Shown here in pieces: positions 25,834 to 37,263 of a stretch of DNA of 64,000 bases (positions are counted from its first letter, which is position 1; each line of letters opens with the position of its first letter). Source of the stretch: Hyphochytrium catenoides (lineage: Eukaryota; Protista; Hyphochytriomycota); the NCBI GenBank assembly GCA_900088475.1, contig FLMG01002043.1:1-64000 (forward strand), read 5' to 3'. Under the pieces are notes generated by a model. It made no database searches and was not told the origin of the DNA. It saw only the letters and a program-made list of their open reading frames with translations. Made by a program: the position numbers and the translations under genes.

Positions 25834-27752
25834 CCCTTCCCTGCAACTATTCATACGACGATGGCGATCTGTCCAATTGTTCTTCTTTATCTTTGTCGAT
25901 AGGGAAAGTGTTATGTTTAGTCGCTTGTCAATTCCTGACTACCTTCCGTCGTACTACTCAATTGAAGGAAGCCTCGTGAGAAAGACTTGAACAGTGCTGT
26001 CTCCTCCATCATTATCCCCTTGCTTTACCCCTCTATCTGTTTCTCAGCTCTTCTGTCATCCTCTTTTCCCTTGTTCCAACTCTTTGTCCTTGTTCCACCT
26101 CTTTGTCCTGTCTCTCCTCGCTCAAATAATACGGCTCTTCAGACGTGCACTCCTATCAGTGTCGTTAACGGGAAGAAGAAAGAGGTCTACTAATTATAAG
26201 CGCCGACCTCACCAGCAAGAGCTTCTATATTTACATCGAACGTCCATTATCATATATAAGAACCATTAGGTGCATGCATGCGACCTCTATCCACATTCTC
26301 ATTCAGAGACAAGATATCGTCATCTTGCGCGGGTGCCCCTCATCTACTTGCTGCTTAATGCAAGGAGAACCCACCCACTGACGCTGGTTTTGAGAGTACT
26401 AGCCATACGTACGTCAGGGCAACCAGCTACAGCCTTGCGCTTCCCTACGATATCATATTTTCTTCTTGCTTTCCTTTCTCCATACAATATGCTCTGCTTC
26501 TTGCTAGTCATCGGTTTGGCCCCCTCTGAGCTAACTATTTCAGCTTCCCATCATAGAGAGTACTGTCGACCACCCTCTTCTCGCCTCTTCTGGTTCTCTG
26601 CCATCATCGAGGGAAACTCCAAGGCAAACATTTATGAAACAAAGTAAAATCAACCTAATAACTTATGCTTCTGGTGCCCCTGAAGAATGATGATGTAGAA
26701 GATACACCAGAAAGGCTCAGAGAAAGCAAAGAAACGACCGATCTAGGCTAAAGAGACGAGTAGCACTTCCTTCAGTTGGCTGTGATGGATCTACCATTGG
26801 TCGATTGGACCCATATCAAGTTCATCAGTGGCTACGGAGCTAGGCGAAGGAAGCCTAGAAGAAGGCGTGACCTCTTTGTTGCCCGGGACGAGGCCTCTGC
26901 TGGTTTTTTTTTTAGATAAGAGAACACCACTTAGTATTGAGGGACATTGAGAGTCGCAGATGTGAGGCACGAAGGTGGAAGGGAAAGGTTAAAGGAAACA
27001 GGAACTAAAGAAGTGCACTCACCTTCGTACTGATGAGGAGAGAGAGTGAGTGCACTATTCTCATGGGAGATTGAACCGACCAATCTTTGTAACGGACAAC
27101 ACTACAACCTTTCTATCTTTCCTTCTGCCGTGCCGATCCATAATCATGATAACTGAATAGCTCTAGATAAAGAATAAATTTAAACAACATTGCTGATAAG
27201 CGAATCGTGGATGTTCTGTTTTTGGGGTGACGGAGCTTTCAGAATCTTAGAAGCCATCTTCTTCTCTTCTTCTTCCTTCCTTCTTCCTTGGTGCTCCTGC
27301 TAACTCCTGCCCTCCGTCGTGCTTTATCCCAAGGCCGCGCAGCTGGCTGCTCGTTGTTCTTCTTGGTGGTGGAAGAAGGGCAACAGGGGCAGAGCCATGC
27401 GGGGGACAAAGACAGCGAAGAGGAGAGGTAGCGCACCTTCAAGTAGGCAGGAAGAAAGCCCAACCCCGCTTTGTCCTGGTAGAGAGCCAAACTTCTCAGC
27501 TCTTTGCGCCCGTCCCATTCCCTTGGCGCTATCCTTCTGTTTAGCTCGTTGAAGCCCATCACTCTGATCTTCTCTCTTAGGACCGAATCTACCTTCCCAA
27601 CCCCAAGCGCACTCATATCTAAAACTGCAAGGACGAAGACAGGCATCATACCCTCACCACCTAAAAAAGGAATCAAAACTCCTTAAGAAGGAGCTCGAGT
27701 TGGGAACTCTTACACTTAGGAGAGCCGGCCATAAAGTCTCTCAAAGAGAATA

Positions 27753-28022
27753 ATGCCATCCCTGGTAGCTGACGAGCTCAAAGACATTGAAAACAAGCTC
27801 CGGAAGACAATCCAAGGCCTGGAGCGGCTGCAAAAGGAAGGGGGACACAATACGGACGATCTGAACCCATTCCAGGATCAACTGCGAGAAATTGACGACA
27901 AGTGGAAGGAAGGAAAGATCGAGGTTGATGGACAGATCCCCGAAGGACAGGCAGAGATATCCGAGCTTCTCGCTCAAGCTCACGACCTCGTAGAGCGACT
28001 ATTGGACTCCATGGAAGGCTAA
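27753..28022 (+). CDS. Small Cub1/DUF2408-like protein (single repeat unit)
   Basis: 89-aa intronless ORF. FQDQLREIDDKWKEGKIEVDGQIPEGQAEISELLAQAHDL matches the DUF2408 repeat pattern Q..L.EID....DGKF......PEGQ..L..LL..C. Confidence 0.85.
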   Translation: MPSLVADELKDIENKLRKTIQGLERLQKEGGHNTDDLNPFQDQLREIDDKWKEGKIEVDGQIPEGQAEISELLAQAHDLVERLLDSMEG

Positions 28023-28555
28023 ATATACCTGGGAAATCCTCTCCATTTGGAGGGCGCTTAGGAATGTAGAAAGTGCCTTTGTATAGTGACAGTAAGGAAG
28101 TTTATAGCAGACAAATGGAAGAGAGACGGAGAAAGATGTAGATAGGGCAGACACAGGAAGAAAACGCAAAGAGAAAGAAAGAGCGACTTTCTTATCGAGA
28201 TGGAGCTCTGGTCTGTCTATAGGTTCAAATGATTAGCACCCAGAACCTTGACCCATAAAGGGTAAATGAAAGCTGCTGGACTATCACCTAGTTGGTTGGT
28301 TTCTCTCTCTATAGTCCTTGTGAAGCCTCATTTTGGACGCGGCTGTTGTCTCCTATTCTCCCCACTCCTCTGGTCTAGCGATAGGTGCGTTCTAGCTTTG
28401 TGAGTGTGACATGGAGCTCAATGGTTATCTCGTTGGTCTTGCTTATCGCCCCAGCTCTGGCAGGCCCCATACCTTCCCACCGCACAGCCACCTCTTTCGT
28501 CCTCTGACTCTTCACCCCTGATACTTTCTCTTTTGTTATCAGCTATGGTTTTGGT

Positions 28556-30185
28556 TTAAATAGAGTTCTGCTGGTCTGCATAGGTTTCATATCTCCCGAT
28601 CTCTAGAAAGTCTCTGACGCTGCTGTCTAATGAGATTCCTGGGAACTTTAGCAGCTCCGCCAGAAACTCTTCTAGCCCTTCTCGTCGCCGCGCCACAAAC
28701 TCTGGCGACATGTTGTCCTGACAGCACCACCATGTGCGAGGTGGCTGAGGTGGTAAAGATTGGAACGAGCAGCAAACAGGGAGAGGAAAAGGCAGGATAT
28801 GGCAGATGGTTAGAGGGACTTTAAATTGTGGAGTACCCAGGACGGTCTAGGAGCGCGGACAGTTGAAGAAAGGCAGAAACCGCGTAGAAGAGCTCAAACA
28901 GAAACCAGGCAGAGTCCCCAGAGTCGATGGTTTGGTGTGGTAAAACCTACCAGATCTGGAAGGTGCCCCTCAGAGAGAAAAGAAACCTTCGATACGCTGG
29001 CAAATAAATAGAGAAGAACAAAGATGATGAGGGAGAGAAGGGAAAAAGCGTGGAATTGGGAGACGCATCAGCTGGTCGGGCAAAAGCGGTAATCCTCAGC
29101 TTTCTCTGTCACTGACTCCCCATCGGCACTAGCCTTGTGCTTACATAATCACAGGTATACCGCCCAGTTCTTTCTTCGACTCGCTAGGCTCTACGCCGCA
29201 CGCCATCCTCTATTACAACGGGCCTATTTTCGCTCTATTCTGCCATCTACCCCATAGCTTCCTCTCAGCGCACGGAGCTGTTGCTTTCCCACCTCCCATC
29301 CGTCAGAGTTCTTTGTTCTTACGATATATGAGTTCCAAGATCTATCTTGGTAACCCACTATCTGTCTCTCTCTACTTTCTATGCTTTGCAGTCTACACAG
29401 AAGGCATCATGCTATGGTCTGGGCAGCTCTCCTCAGCCTACCTCTCTCTAAAACTGGCAAACTCCCGATAGCGACGCCAGACGTCCCATGTGAACTCTGC
29501 GCAGGAGATGGAGATCTTGTACTCAGTAAATCCACCGCGTGGCGAGGTGCGTGACTCTGGAACATTCAATGTGAAGAACTCACCGCCTGGAAGCGAGAGA
29601 GAAAGAGAGACGTCGGAGAAGCAGACAGACGAACGATGACGTGATCAGGTCGAAAGGAAGTCAGAGAGGAAAGACGGTTAGTTGAACCTAAAGATCAGTT
29701 AAGGAGCACATCACGGAAGTGAGAACGGGACGAAGGAGAAGAGGAATGGAAAGCTAACAGGAATAAAGTATAGCTGGTTCCACCAGGCCAGAAGGATTGC
29801 AATGCTGGTGCTTGACGACGCAGGGCCTAGAAAGGACATTATTCTGACGGTGATGGGGGATGAACAACAGCGGAAGACGGAGTGAAGGTTTGGAAGGAAG
29901 AAAAGGTGAAGGAAGGTATGTCTCAGTGTAGTATCAGTGATGCTGAAGGAGGAGGATGGGTCCCCTACCATAGCGCTTTGACCATTTCTCCGCAGGCAAA
30001 AAGACAGAGCAAGGCTGTCTGGGCGTGCCATTCATCCTTCCTCCCAGGGCTTGTCTTATATTGTACCTCTTCCCTTCTTGGCACCCGACCAGCCCTTGGC
30101 GGGATCTCAGGGATGAGCCGTAAGACAGGAAAGTCAGCCGCAAGCCTGATGCCGTCTATATCTTCTCTTGTCCTTCTTGCCTCCT
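28556..30185 (-). CDS. Small PX (phox homology) domain protein, spliced; 5' end unresolved (may extend to ~30690)
   Basis: Exons 29969-~30185, 29759-29826, 29442-29586, 28951-28996 and 28556-28744 join in phase at GT-AG introns to give ...FTEYKISISCAEFTWDVWRRYREFASFRESVSKVSFLSEGHLPDLPPRTWW...MSPEFVARRREGLEEFLAELLKFPGISLDSSVRDFL...SI*. This contains the PX motifs RRY.EF, LP.LPP and RR..LE.FL. Confidence 0.9.
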
Positions 30186-30699
30186 TTTATAGGAGGGGCC
30201 CGCTCCCTTTGTTTATAAGCCCTTGCGCACGTACTTCTCACTAATCGATGGGTGCCCAGGAGCTTGCAGCTGGCGAAGATAGGGAGGAGAGGACGCTGAG
30301 GACCGCAGGAAGAATAGGAAACCGTTATGCGGGAGGACAGTCGATCACTCCGGTGACTTGTCAATGGGTCTTTTGGGACCTACTGAGCTGGGTGAGGCTG
30401 TGGGTTGACGGAGGAAGGGGTAGCGGCCTTGCTAGATGGCTGTCCTGAGCTTCCTGCCCTCGTTTTGGCGGCGCTCCCAATTTTTTCATGCGCTGTCTGT
30501 CTCCTGTCCACGCTCCTCCTCCCTCTGTCTCTGCTTCACTGCTGCTGTTTACACTTTCCCGTCTCCTTGTCGCTCTAAGCCACTCTGTGTTTTTGTAACT
30601 GTGCCTCTTCCTCTTGTTTTCCTAGGAGTTTGATGTCTCTGTCTCGGGTCCCCTCTGTCTCTCGTCTCTCTGTCTGTCCTGCTGGTCCCATCTGATGCA

Positions 30700-31250
30700 G
30701 AGTATGGATCGGGTCCTCTGCTTCCCACTGCTGTAACAAGCGCGGTGTCCTGGCTCTGATGATGAGCAGGAAAGGATCAAAGACACAAACGGACAATCTG
30801 CTCCCGATTATTGATTTTTCAGACTTTTAGACTTTATAACTTTATAAAAGTCGTAATCAGTAACTAAATACTGGTTACTACTCTCATTCCTGGATCTGCA
30901 GATCTGCAGTATTCAGAAGTTTCGGATCTTCCATCCTCCGCATCATCAGAATCCAAAGCACCGACGATGATGCACTTCTTCGTCGTCGTCAGTCGGGAAT
31001 CTTCATCAGAAAGCAGCTCGAGGTGATCTGGCAGACAGAAGAGGGCCTGACAGGGAGCCGCACCAATCAGCCTAACATACACGACCAAAGGAGTCATCAC
31101 CAGAAGGGTAGTGCCGCTTCTAACAAAGCCGTCCCAGCGAGCTCAGCGGACAAAACTCCAGGTTCTTGTAGGCAAGCTTAGTGGGCTCTTCTCGGCCAGC
31201 ACATATAAACGAGGACTCTGGCCCCTAGTCAGGCCTTGGGAACGACAACG
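30700..31250. promoter_or_regulatory. Putative bidirectional promoter between the PX gene and the Ypr097w-like gene
   Basis: Short intergenic stretch between divergent genes, with an AT-rich imperfect palindrome at 30808-30863, a perfect palindrome CTGCAGATCTGCAG near 30895-30910, and TATAAA about 45 bp before the ATG at 31251. Confidence 0.4.
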
Positions 31251-34200
31251 ATGGATGGACAGCCGTACTCGCTCTCAGAGACAGATGAAAAAGAGGAGCC
31301 AAAGTCCCACCAGGAGCAGCAAAGGAGCCAAATAATTGATAACGAGGGGAGGATAGACCAGGAGCCAGCAGCCTCTCTTGTATCCACGGGAGCCAAATTA
31401 GACGGTAGATCACATATGCGTTGTAGTTCCCCTATCCTTCCCGCAATAAACTAACTTGCTCTTCCCTTTACAGAGCTAAACTTGGGGAAGAGCGAAACGG
31501 AAGGCGGTGCTCGTTCTCCTTCGGATTCATCTGGGTCCCATGTTCCTGCTCCTCCTCCCTCAGACTCTTCCGATCTTCTTGAAACTCCTCCTTCCCCTTC
31601 TCCTTCCCCTTCTCCTGGCGACCTGTTGACTTATCGCTGTGTATGCGGACTGCTTCTTCTCGTCCCATCATGGGTTGTGCACTTTCAGTGCTCCGTCTGC
31701 AGCCAGCATCTACAATCGAGTGTCGCCTTGTCATCACAGCTGGAGGGGCGAGAGCTCACGCCTGAGTTGCTCAAAGCGGAGAAACCTAAGATGATCCTCT
31801 GGTGGCTGCTTAGGGCAGGTGGTGTCTTCCTCATTCCACTTTGAGCCTTGCTAAAGAACACACTCTCTTTGTTTCGTGATGTCTTGCTCTCCAGCTTGTC
31901 GGTCAAACCCACCCCAGCCAAGCCGGTTCTTCTGTCTCACTCCTTTTCCTTATGGCAGCCGTGAACGAAGACCTAGACAAGTTCCTTGATAGAAAGGACC
32001 TGTCAACCTTTGGAACCGAAGAAGCAGAGGACTATGTCACAGGTTCTACCTGCATAAGAGCTATCCATTTCGAAGACCACCTCTACCGGGGTTTTGCCCT
32101 AGCAATTTTTCTCCCTGTCTGTCCTTAATCTTCATTCCCCTTTCCTCTTAACACTTAACCGGCACTCATGCAGCGTCCCTTCACTCCACATAGAGTTCTT
32201 CCGCACGGTCACGTCCTTCCCTCTATTTGCTGAGGATGCCAAGTGCTTGGAGAGCATTCGCCAAGCTTTCATTTATCTTCCAGAGATCGACAGGCAGCTT
32301 ACCAAGTCGACAGGTCTGGACAGAACAATAGAGAGTAAAGCTTAAAATGGACAAAGAGAGACTAGCCCCGACAGGCGGCCGTAGAGAGGGGGCGTGCACT
32401 AGGCGACATATACATACATGGTCAGGACCAGAGAAGGAAACTTTAACGGGGGGAATTCAGACGCTCTCTCACCCAGATCCAGCTACAGCTCACAGGAGCT
32501 CCTTCCTTATGTTGCCATCCCCTTCACCTATCCACGTCCTATTGGTCCTTTCCAGGCAAATCCTTGAAGCGGAAGCTCATGAAGACCATCCTATCTCCGA
32601 TGTTCCACGCAGCAGCAGCAGGAATGGTAGAAGAAAAGCAAGATGAAACTGAAGAGGCGCCTAAGAGTGAGCCCTGCGGTTATCTGGACCGTCCTCCACC
32701 CTCGTTCTCTTCTTCGTGCTCGTCCTTATCTCTCTTTCCACCACCTTACTTTCTGATGCAGCTCCCTCTTCCAGATGCTATCGATATCGTTCTCTTTCTG
32801 GCTAGCTATGTAGTTTAACAACGTTGGTCTTTGACCGTATTTAACTATCTATCTTGGCAGTTCTGCAGGAAAGCCCAAAGTCTTATGCCGCACTGAACTA
32901 TCAGTTCAAGGTGCAAGCGATGAAGTATTTCATGGAGCAAGGCCCTAGTGAGACTTCGCTACTCTGCTGCTTTATTCTTTAGCTCCCCTCTCCCTTCGCT
33001 CCTCCTGGTTCCGCCAACGTTGGTTTGCTTCACCATTCCTTCGTTTTTCAATGAAGAGGAAGTTTCTCCAGCTCTCGTCCTACGACTCTTTAGATCTACC
33101 GAACGACATCTCGTCCCTTCTCGCTCTGAGAGCGTTCAATGTTTCTCTTCCCGTCCATTTTAAGGTCTAGCTTAGGGTACTTCACGAATGCTGGCCTATA
33201 ACGCTTGACTCCATCTTGTCTCTTTGGATTTCTCTTTCGAATCTTCGCTTTTGAACCTCTTTCTTTCTGCTTCCCTAGCTCTCTGGTGATCGTATTAAAG
33301 GTCCACATTTTGTCTTCGTTTCCGTAGGTGCTATCTCACGTCAAGTCGACGAGTTCGTGTGCTGCCACTCAATTTCCGAGCTCCAGCCTGCACTTCGCTC
33401 CCTCGTCTCTCTTCACATCTCGAAGACAACAGAAGGGACACTTGACTCTCTGGCCAAGGGAATGGATGTATCGAAGATGCGGCGCCTCTTCCGCATTGTC
33501 CCACGAAAGGCTATCATGCAGACCGTCAAAATGCACTTCGGAGGGGCGCTCATTAATGAGCTTGTTAGGGTACTGCATGCCGACAGCGCTTCTTTTATGT
33601 CTTAAGGCTGCAATTGGTAAACTTCCCTGTTGTGGCTCCGTACACTGAGAGTAGTTGGCTCCTTTTCTCTCCCATTGTTCGCTCTTGTCAGAACAGCCTC
33701 GGCCGTATTAGACTTTTTCTGTCGGTGATCTACACGGCACTAACCTGCGCCGTTCATAGATTATATTTGTGAAGCCGTTCAACGCGAAAAGTGTATATGA
33801 GCGGATGGTGGAGGAACTGGTTGAGGTGAAGAAGACAGAAAAGACGCTGGCGCTCGCGGCAGGGCAGCTTCCGGCCACTGTCCGCGCGGTAAACCGTCGA
33901 CTTTCTCTCACTGGGAATATATCTTCTGTTTTTGTTTTCTATTTCTTGCTTTGGCCTGGCGGCGGCTTCCCAGTTTGTCACTATGCTCTCTCCGCGATAT
34001 GCATCATATCTGCCTGACGTCTTACAAAGTTCTTTTCTTTTCTTCTCTTGCTCAGCGACTGCTTGGTTTTCTGGATCATTCTGGTGCCGAGTTAGCGGTC
34101 AGTGAGAGCACGTTTGTCTCTCTTCTGCCCGACATCTTGCAAGACCCAAATCTTGGTGCAGCACTACCAGGTCCAGACTATGCCAGAGCTACGACAGGGT

Positions 34201-37050
34201 AAGGCTTTTATGGCTAGAGTCAAGCTAGATCAAAGGAGGATGCTCTGGGATGGGGAGCAAGGACGAGCAGAGAAGCACGCATACTCGACTCTTTCTCTTC
34301 AGCTGGTCCTTCCTGCTATCTACTGATGTTCCGAAGCAAAGGGGTGCCATTTACACCGTTCCCTATTGGCTTTGCTTCTTCCGGCATACTCCATTCATGT
34401 TTTCGTCTGCGTTGGACGCTCTATTGAAAGCCTCTCCTCTCCTGCTCTACTGGTTTACCCGTCAGGGCTGGTCCGACTCTTTGCTTTCACTTCGTCCGTG
34501 ACTCTCTGGACTTGGCTGAGAAGCGGACGACGGTGCAGATGCTCTGCAGTGAGAAAATTATGACGCTGTTGAAGACGGTTCTACCATCAGTACAGGTCCT
34601 TTAGCTACGAAGCAGGCATTGTCTTTTCTTCTCCTTCTACGTCGCATGGAGGGCACTTGCCATCTCTCTGAGCAATGCGTCTACCTTTTTGCCACCTATC
34701 CCCCATCCTGACATTCATGTCTCTTCAGTATATCTGGATAGGGCCAGTGTGTGCGAAGCAGAGACGTTCTCAACTTTTTCTTTGCCGTGACTGATAACTG
34801 TTTGCTTCCAGGGTCCGCTGGTTGAGATGGCGACGCGGAAGGGTAGTGGACTGGTGCAGTTCCTGCAATCAGTCTTTGACTTTTGGGAGCTCGCTATAAA
34901 TGTAGAAGGAGAGGGAAGAGGAGAAAAGGAGAAAAGAGAGGCAATAAGCAAAGCAGTGACGGACGTGCATACCAGACTATACACTCTCTTGCATAATCTG
35001 TTTGCCACAGATCCCGGTACGATAGGGTAGACAGAGACCCCAGAGACAGGCAAAAGCACATTGACTCTTAGTAGGCTTTGCGAGTTTTCATGTTTTCTCT
35101 TGCACCGCGCTATTATCTTTCTTTTGCTCTGTTCGGCTTGGCGTTTTCCCTCTGGCTTTAAGTCCAGCCTGGTACTTAGCTGAGGCATCAACGAGCCAAG
35201 AATAGGTCAGTAACTGTCCGTCTTCTCCAGGAGTCTGGAAGCGGGTGGCGCTTTGGTTCTTCGAGACGTATCAGAAGAATTTTATCAAGCTTGATATCCA
35301 GGTGAGGCGCTCATCCACTTGGTCTCTGTCACGCTGTACTATCGACCGCTTTTGCCCTGTTCCGCGGTCGGGCCGATATTTGTCCCGAATGGTCGCTGAG
35401 CTCAACTTTTACTCAGACCCTTCTGGCTCCTCTTCCACAATCGACGCAAGAAGAGATTTGGAGGGAGGCTGAACTTCTAGTGCGCTATAATGAGCTAAAT
35501 ATGAGAAGGCCTCCAGGTTTGACATAGGGAGCCTTTAGTCGTGGGGAGGCTGCAGGGGCGCCAGAGCTTAAGGTTCATTGGCAGGCCAGGATTGGGAAGT
35601 GGACGATACCCCGTTCCATTATTCTGATGTTTCCCCTCCACAGGTACTTCAGACCTGCCAGAGCCGCTGATCGTCCATCTTCAGGAGCTCCAATCTTCAT
35701 TCAATGCACTCCTTGCAACGGCGCGAGGGCCACAGGGGAAGAGCGGAAAGGAGAGGCTACGGAAGAAAAGCAGCAGATTCCTGCAATGTGAGTAAGAGGG
35801 CTGTCCACGTGCTTAGAAGGACACTTCATTTTTTCATCCGCTTTCCGTACTCAAGCTTGTCCGGCGTTCTGAAATGTTCTCTCTCTCATCTCTTTTTAAC
35901 TTTAGCACTGTCCGAGTCAGAACCAAATGCGCGGTCTCTAGTGGTGAGCCAGCTGGAAGTAGTTTATGATGGAGACAGTACGGAGAGCTTACAAAGCAGA
36001 GGATTTACAAAGGTCAGTGTCGTTGTTTACACATCTTCCTCTGCGCCTACATCCTCGTGTATGTCCTTTTGTTTCTTTGCTATCTCTCTATCTTCAGTGC
36101 CGCCGGTAAGATCTTCCTTGCTCCGCTGTCTTTCTCTCCCTCCCACCTTCCTATCAACAGGTCGGGCACCTAAATCCAGGTGAAGGTGGAAAAGGGATCT
36201 ATCTCTGGATTCGCAAGTCGCCAGCGTCTCTAGCTTCTCCGGCGTCTGCGCGGCAGAAGCCTGCGCCAGAAGAACGATTTTCAGAGCCACTCTCTGGTAT
36301 CGCGCTGTCCACCTCTGACCAAGAGGAACAGAAGCTTCGAAAGGAGGTCAGCTTACTTCCAAGTCATGAATCGCTAGTTGTTTTTGGTTTGGCTGTGACC
36401 CTCTGCCGCCGGTTTGTCGAGCTCACTTCGCTTGCTTTGCTTTTTGGGACCTCTCTTTTGCTCTTGAACAGGGCTACATTCAGATCCAGAAGCGACTCAA
36501 CCGCGGGATGAGCCTTGGCGGGAGCCATGTCTATTTATGGTTAGACCTTCTTAGCATCTGAGTGCCCTCTAGGGCTATGTACTCTGTGTCTATCTCTATT
36601 GACTGGTGCTCCAGTCTATTGGTTTAGTTTCCTTCGCTCGGCTGCTGCCCTTCCAAGTCCCGCCAACGGCCCTCGTTTTGTCTTGTCTCGACTTCCTTCC
36701 TCCTCAATCCAAAGCCTCATGTCTGTCGTCTGACCCCGGTGGTGTCTGAAGGTATAAGCGTGGCGGGTCGCCCCCAATCTCCGACTTGCTGCTGATGGAG
36801 ACGGACCTGGACCTGGTGGAGACACCCCAAGGCTTCTACTACCCACTGAAGACGCATCAGAAGTTCAATATCTTTGCCAAGGTTTGTCCACCTTGCTTTC
36901 TCTTCTTTCTTCATATTTCCTCATAAACTCTACATTGCCGTCCGAGCCTAGCAAACACTCAGTGTCGAACAATTGGCGTCTGACAAACTCGCTTTCCTGC
37001 TTGCGCTCTCTAAACCTCAGCAAACCCGCATCTGCTATGCCTTTCTATAA
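31251..37050 (+). CDS. Ypr097w/Lec1-like protein (PXB + DUF3818/PXC regions) with an N-terminal Cys4 zinc finger and C-terminal MABP-like repeats; multi-exon
   Basis: Hand-spliced peptides: CVCGLLLLVPSWVVHFQCSVC; ELTPELLKAE...DLSTFGT...EFFRTVTSFPLF (PXB-like); HSISELQPAL...MRRLFRIVPRKAIMQTVKMHFGGALINELVRIIFVKPFNAKSVYERM (DUF3818-like); VVSQLEVVY...GFTKVGHLNPGEGGKGIYLW...GYIQIQKRLNRGMSLGGSHVYLWYKRGGSPPISDL...PQGF...QTRICYAFL* (MABP-like). Stop TAA at 37048-37050. Confidence 0.75.
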
Positions 37051-37263
37051 GCGAGGCTGACGGACAAAGCACCACTAGCTAGCAGCCGGACGTTGCTCCT
37101 ACTCACTGTTATCTCTGTCACACCTGCTATACGGTTCTGTCCTTCCTTCCTACCTTCCTACATGCAAGTGTCTTAACTTGTAGGGCGTCTTTCCATTATC
37201 TCCGTCCCTTATGGGGCTGAATATATCAACGTATTCACGGCACTATGACATTATCCTTCCCAC

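Noticed and set aside
30885-30960. Minus-strand CTGATGA...GAAA hammerhead-like core
   Set aside because: Stem II does not close on the core and there is no UH cleavage site before stem I.
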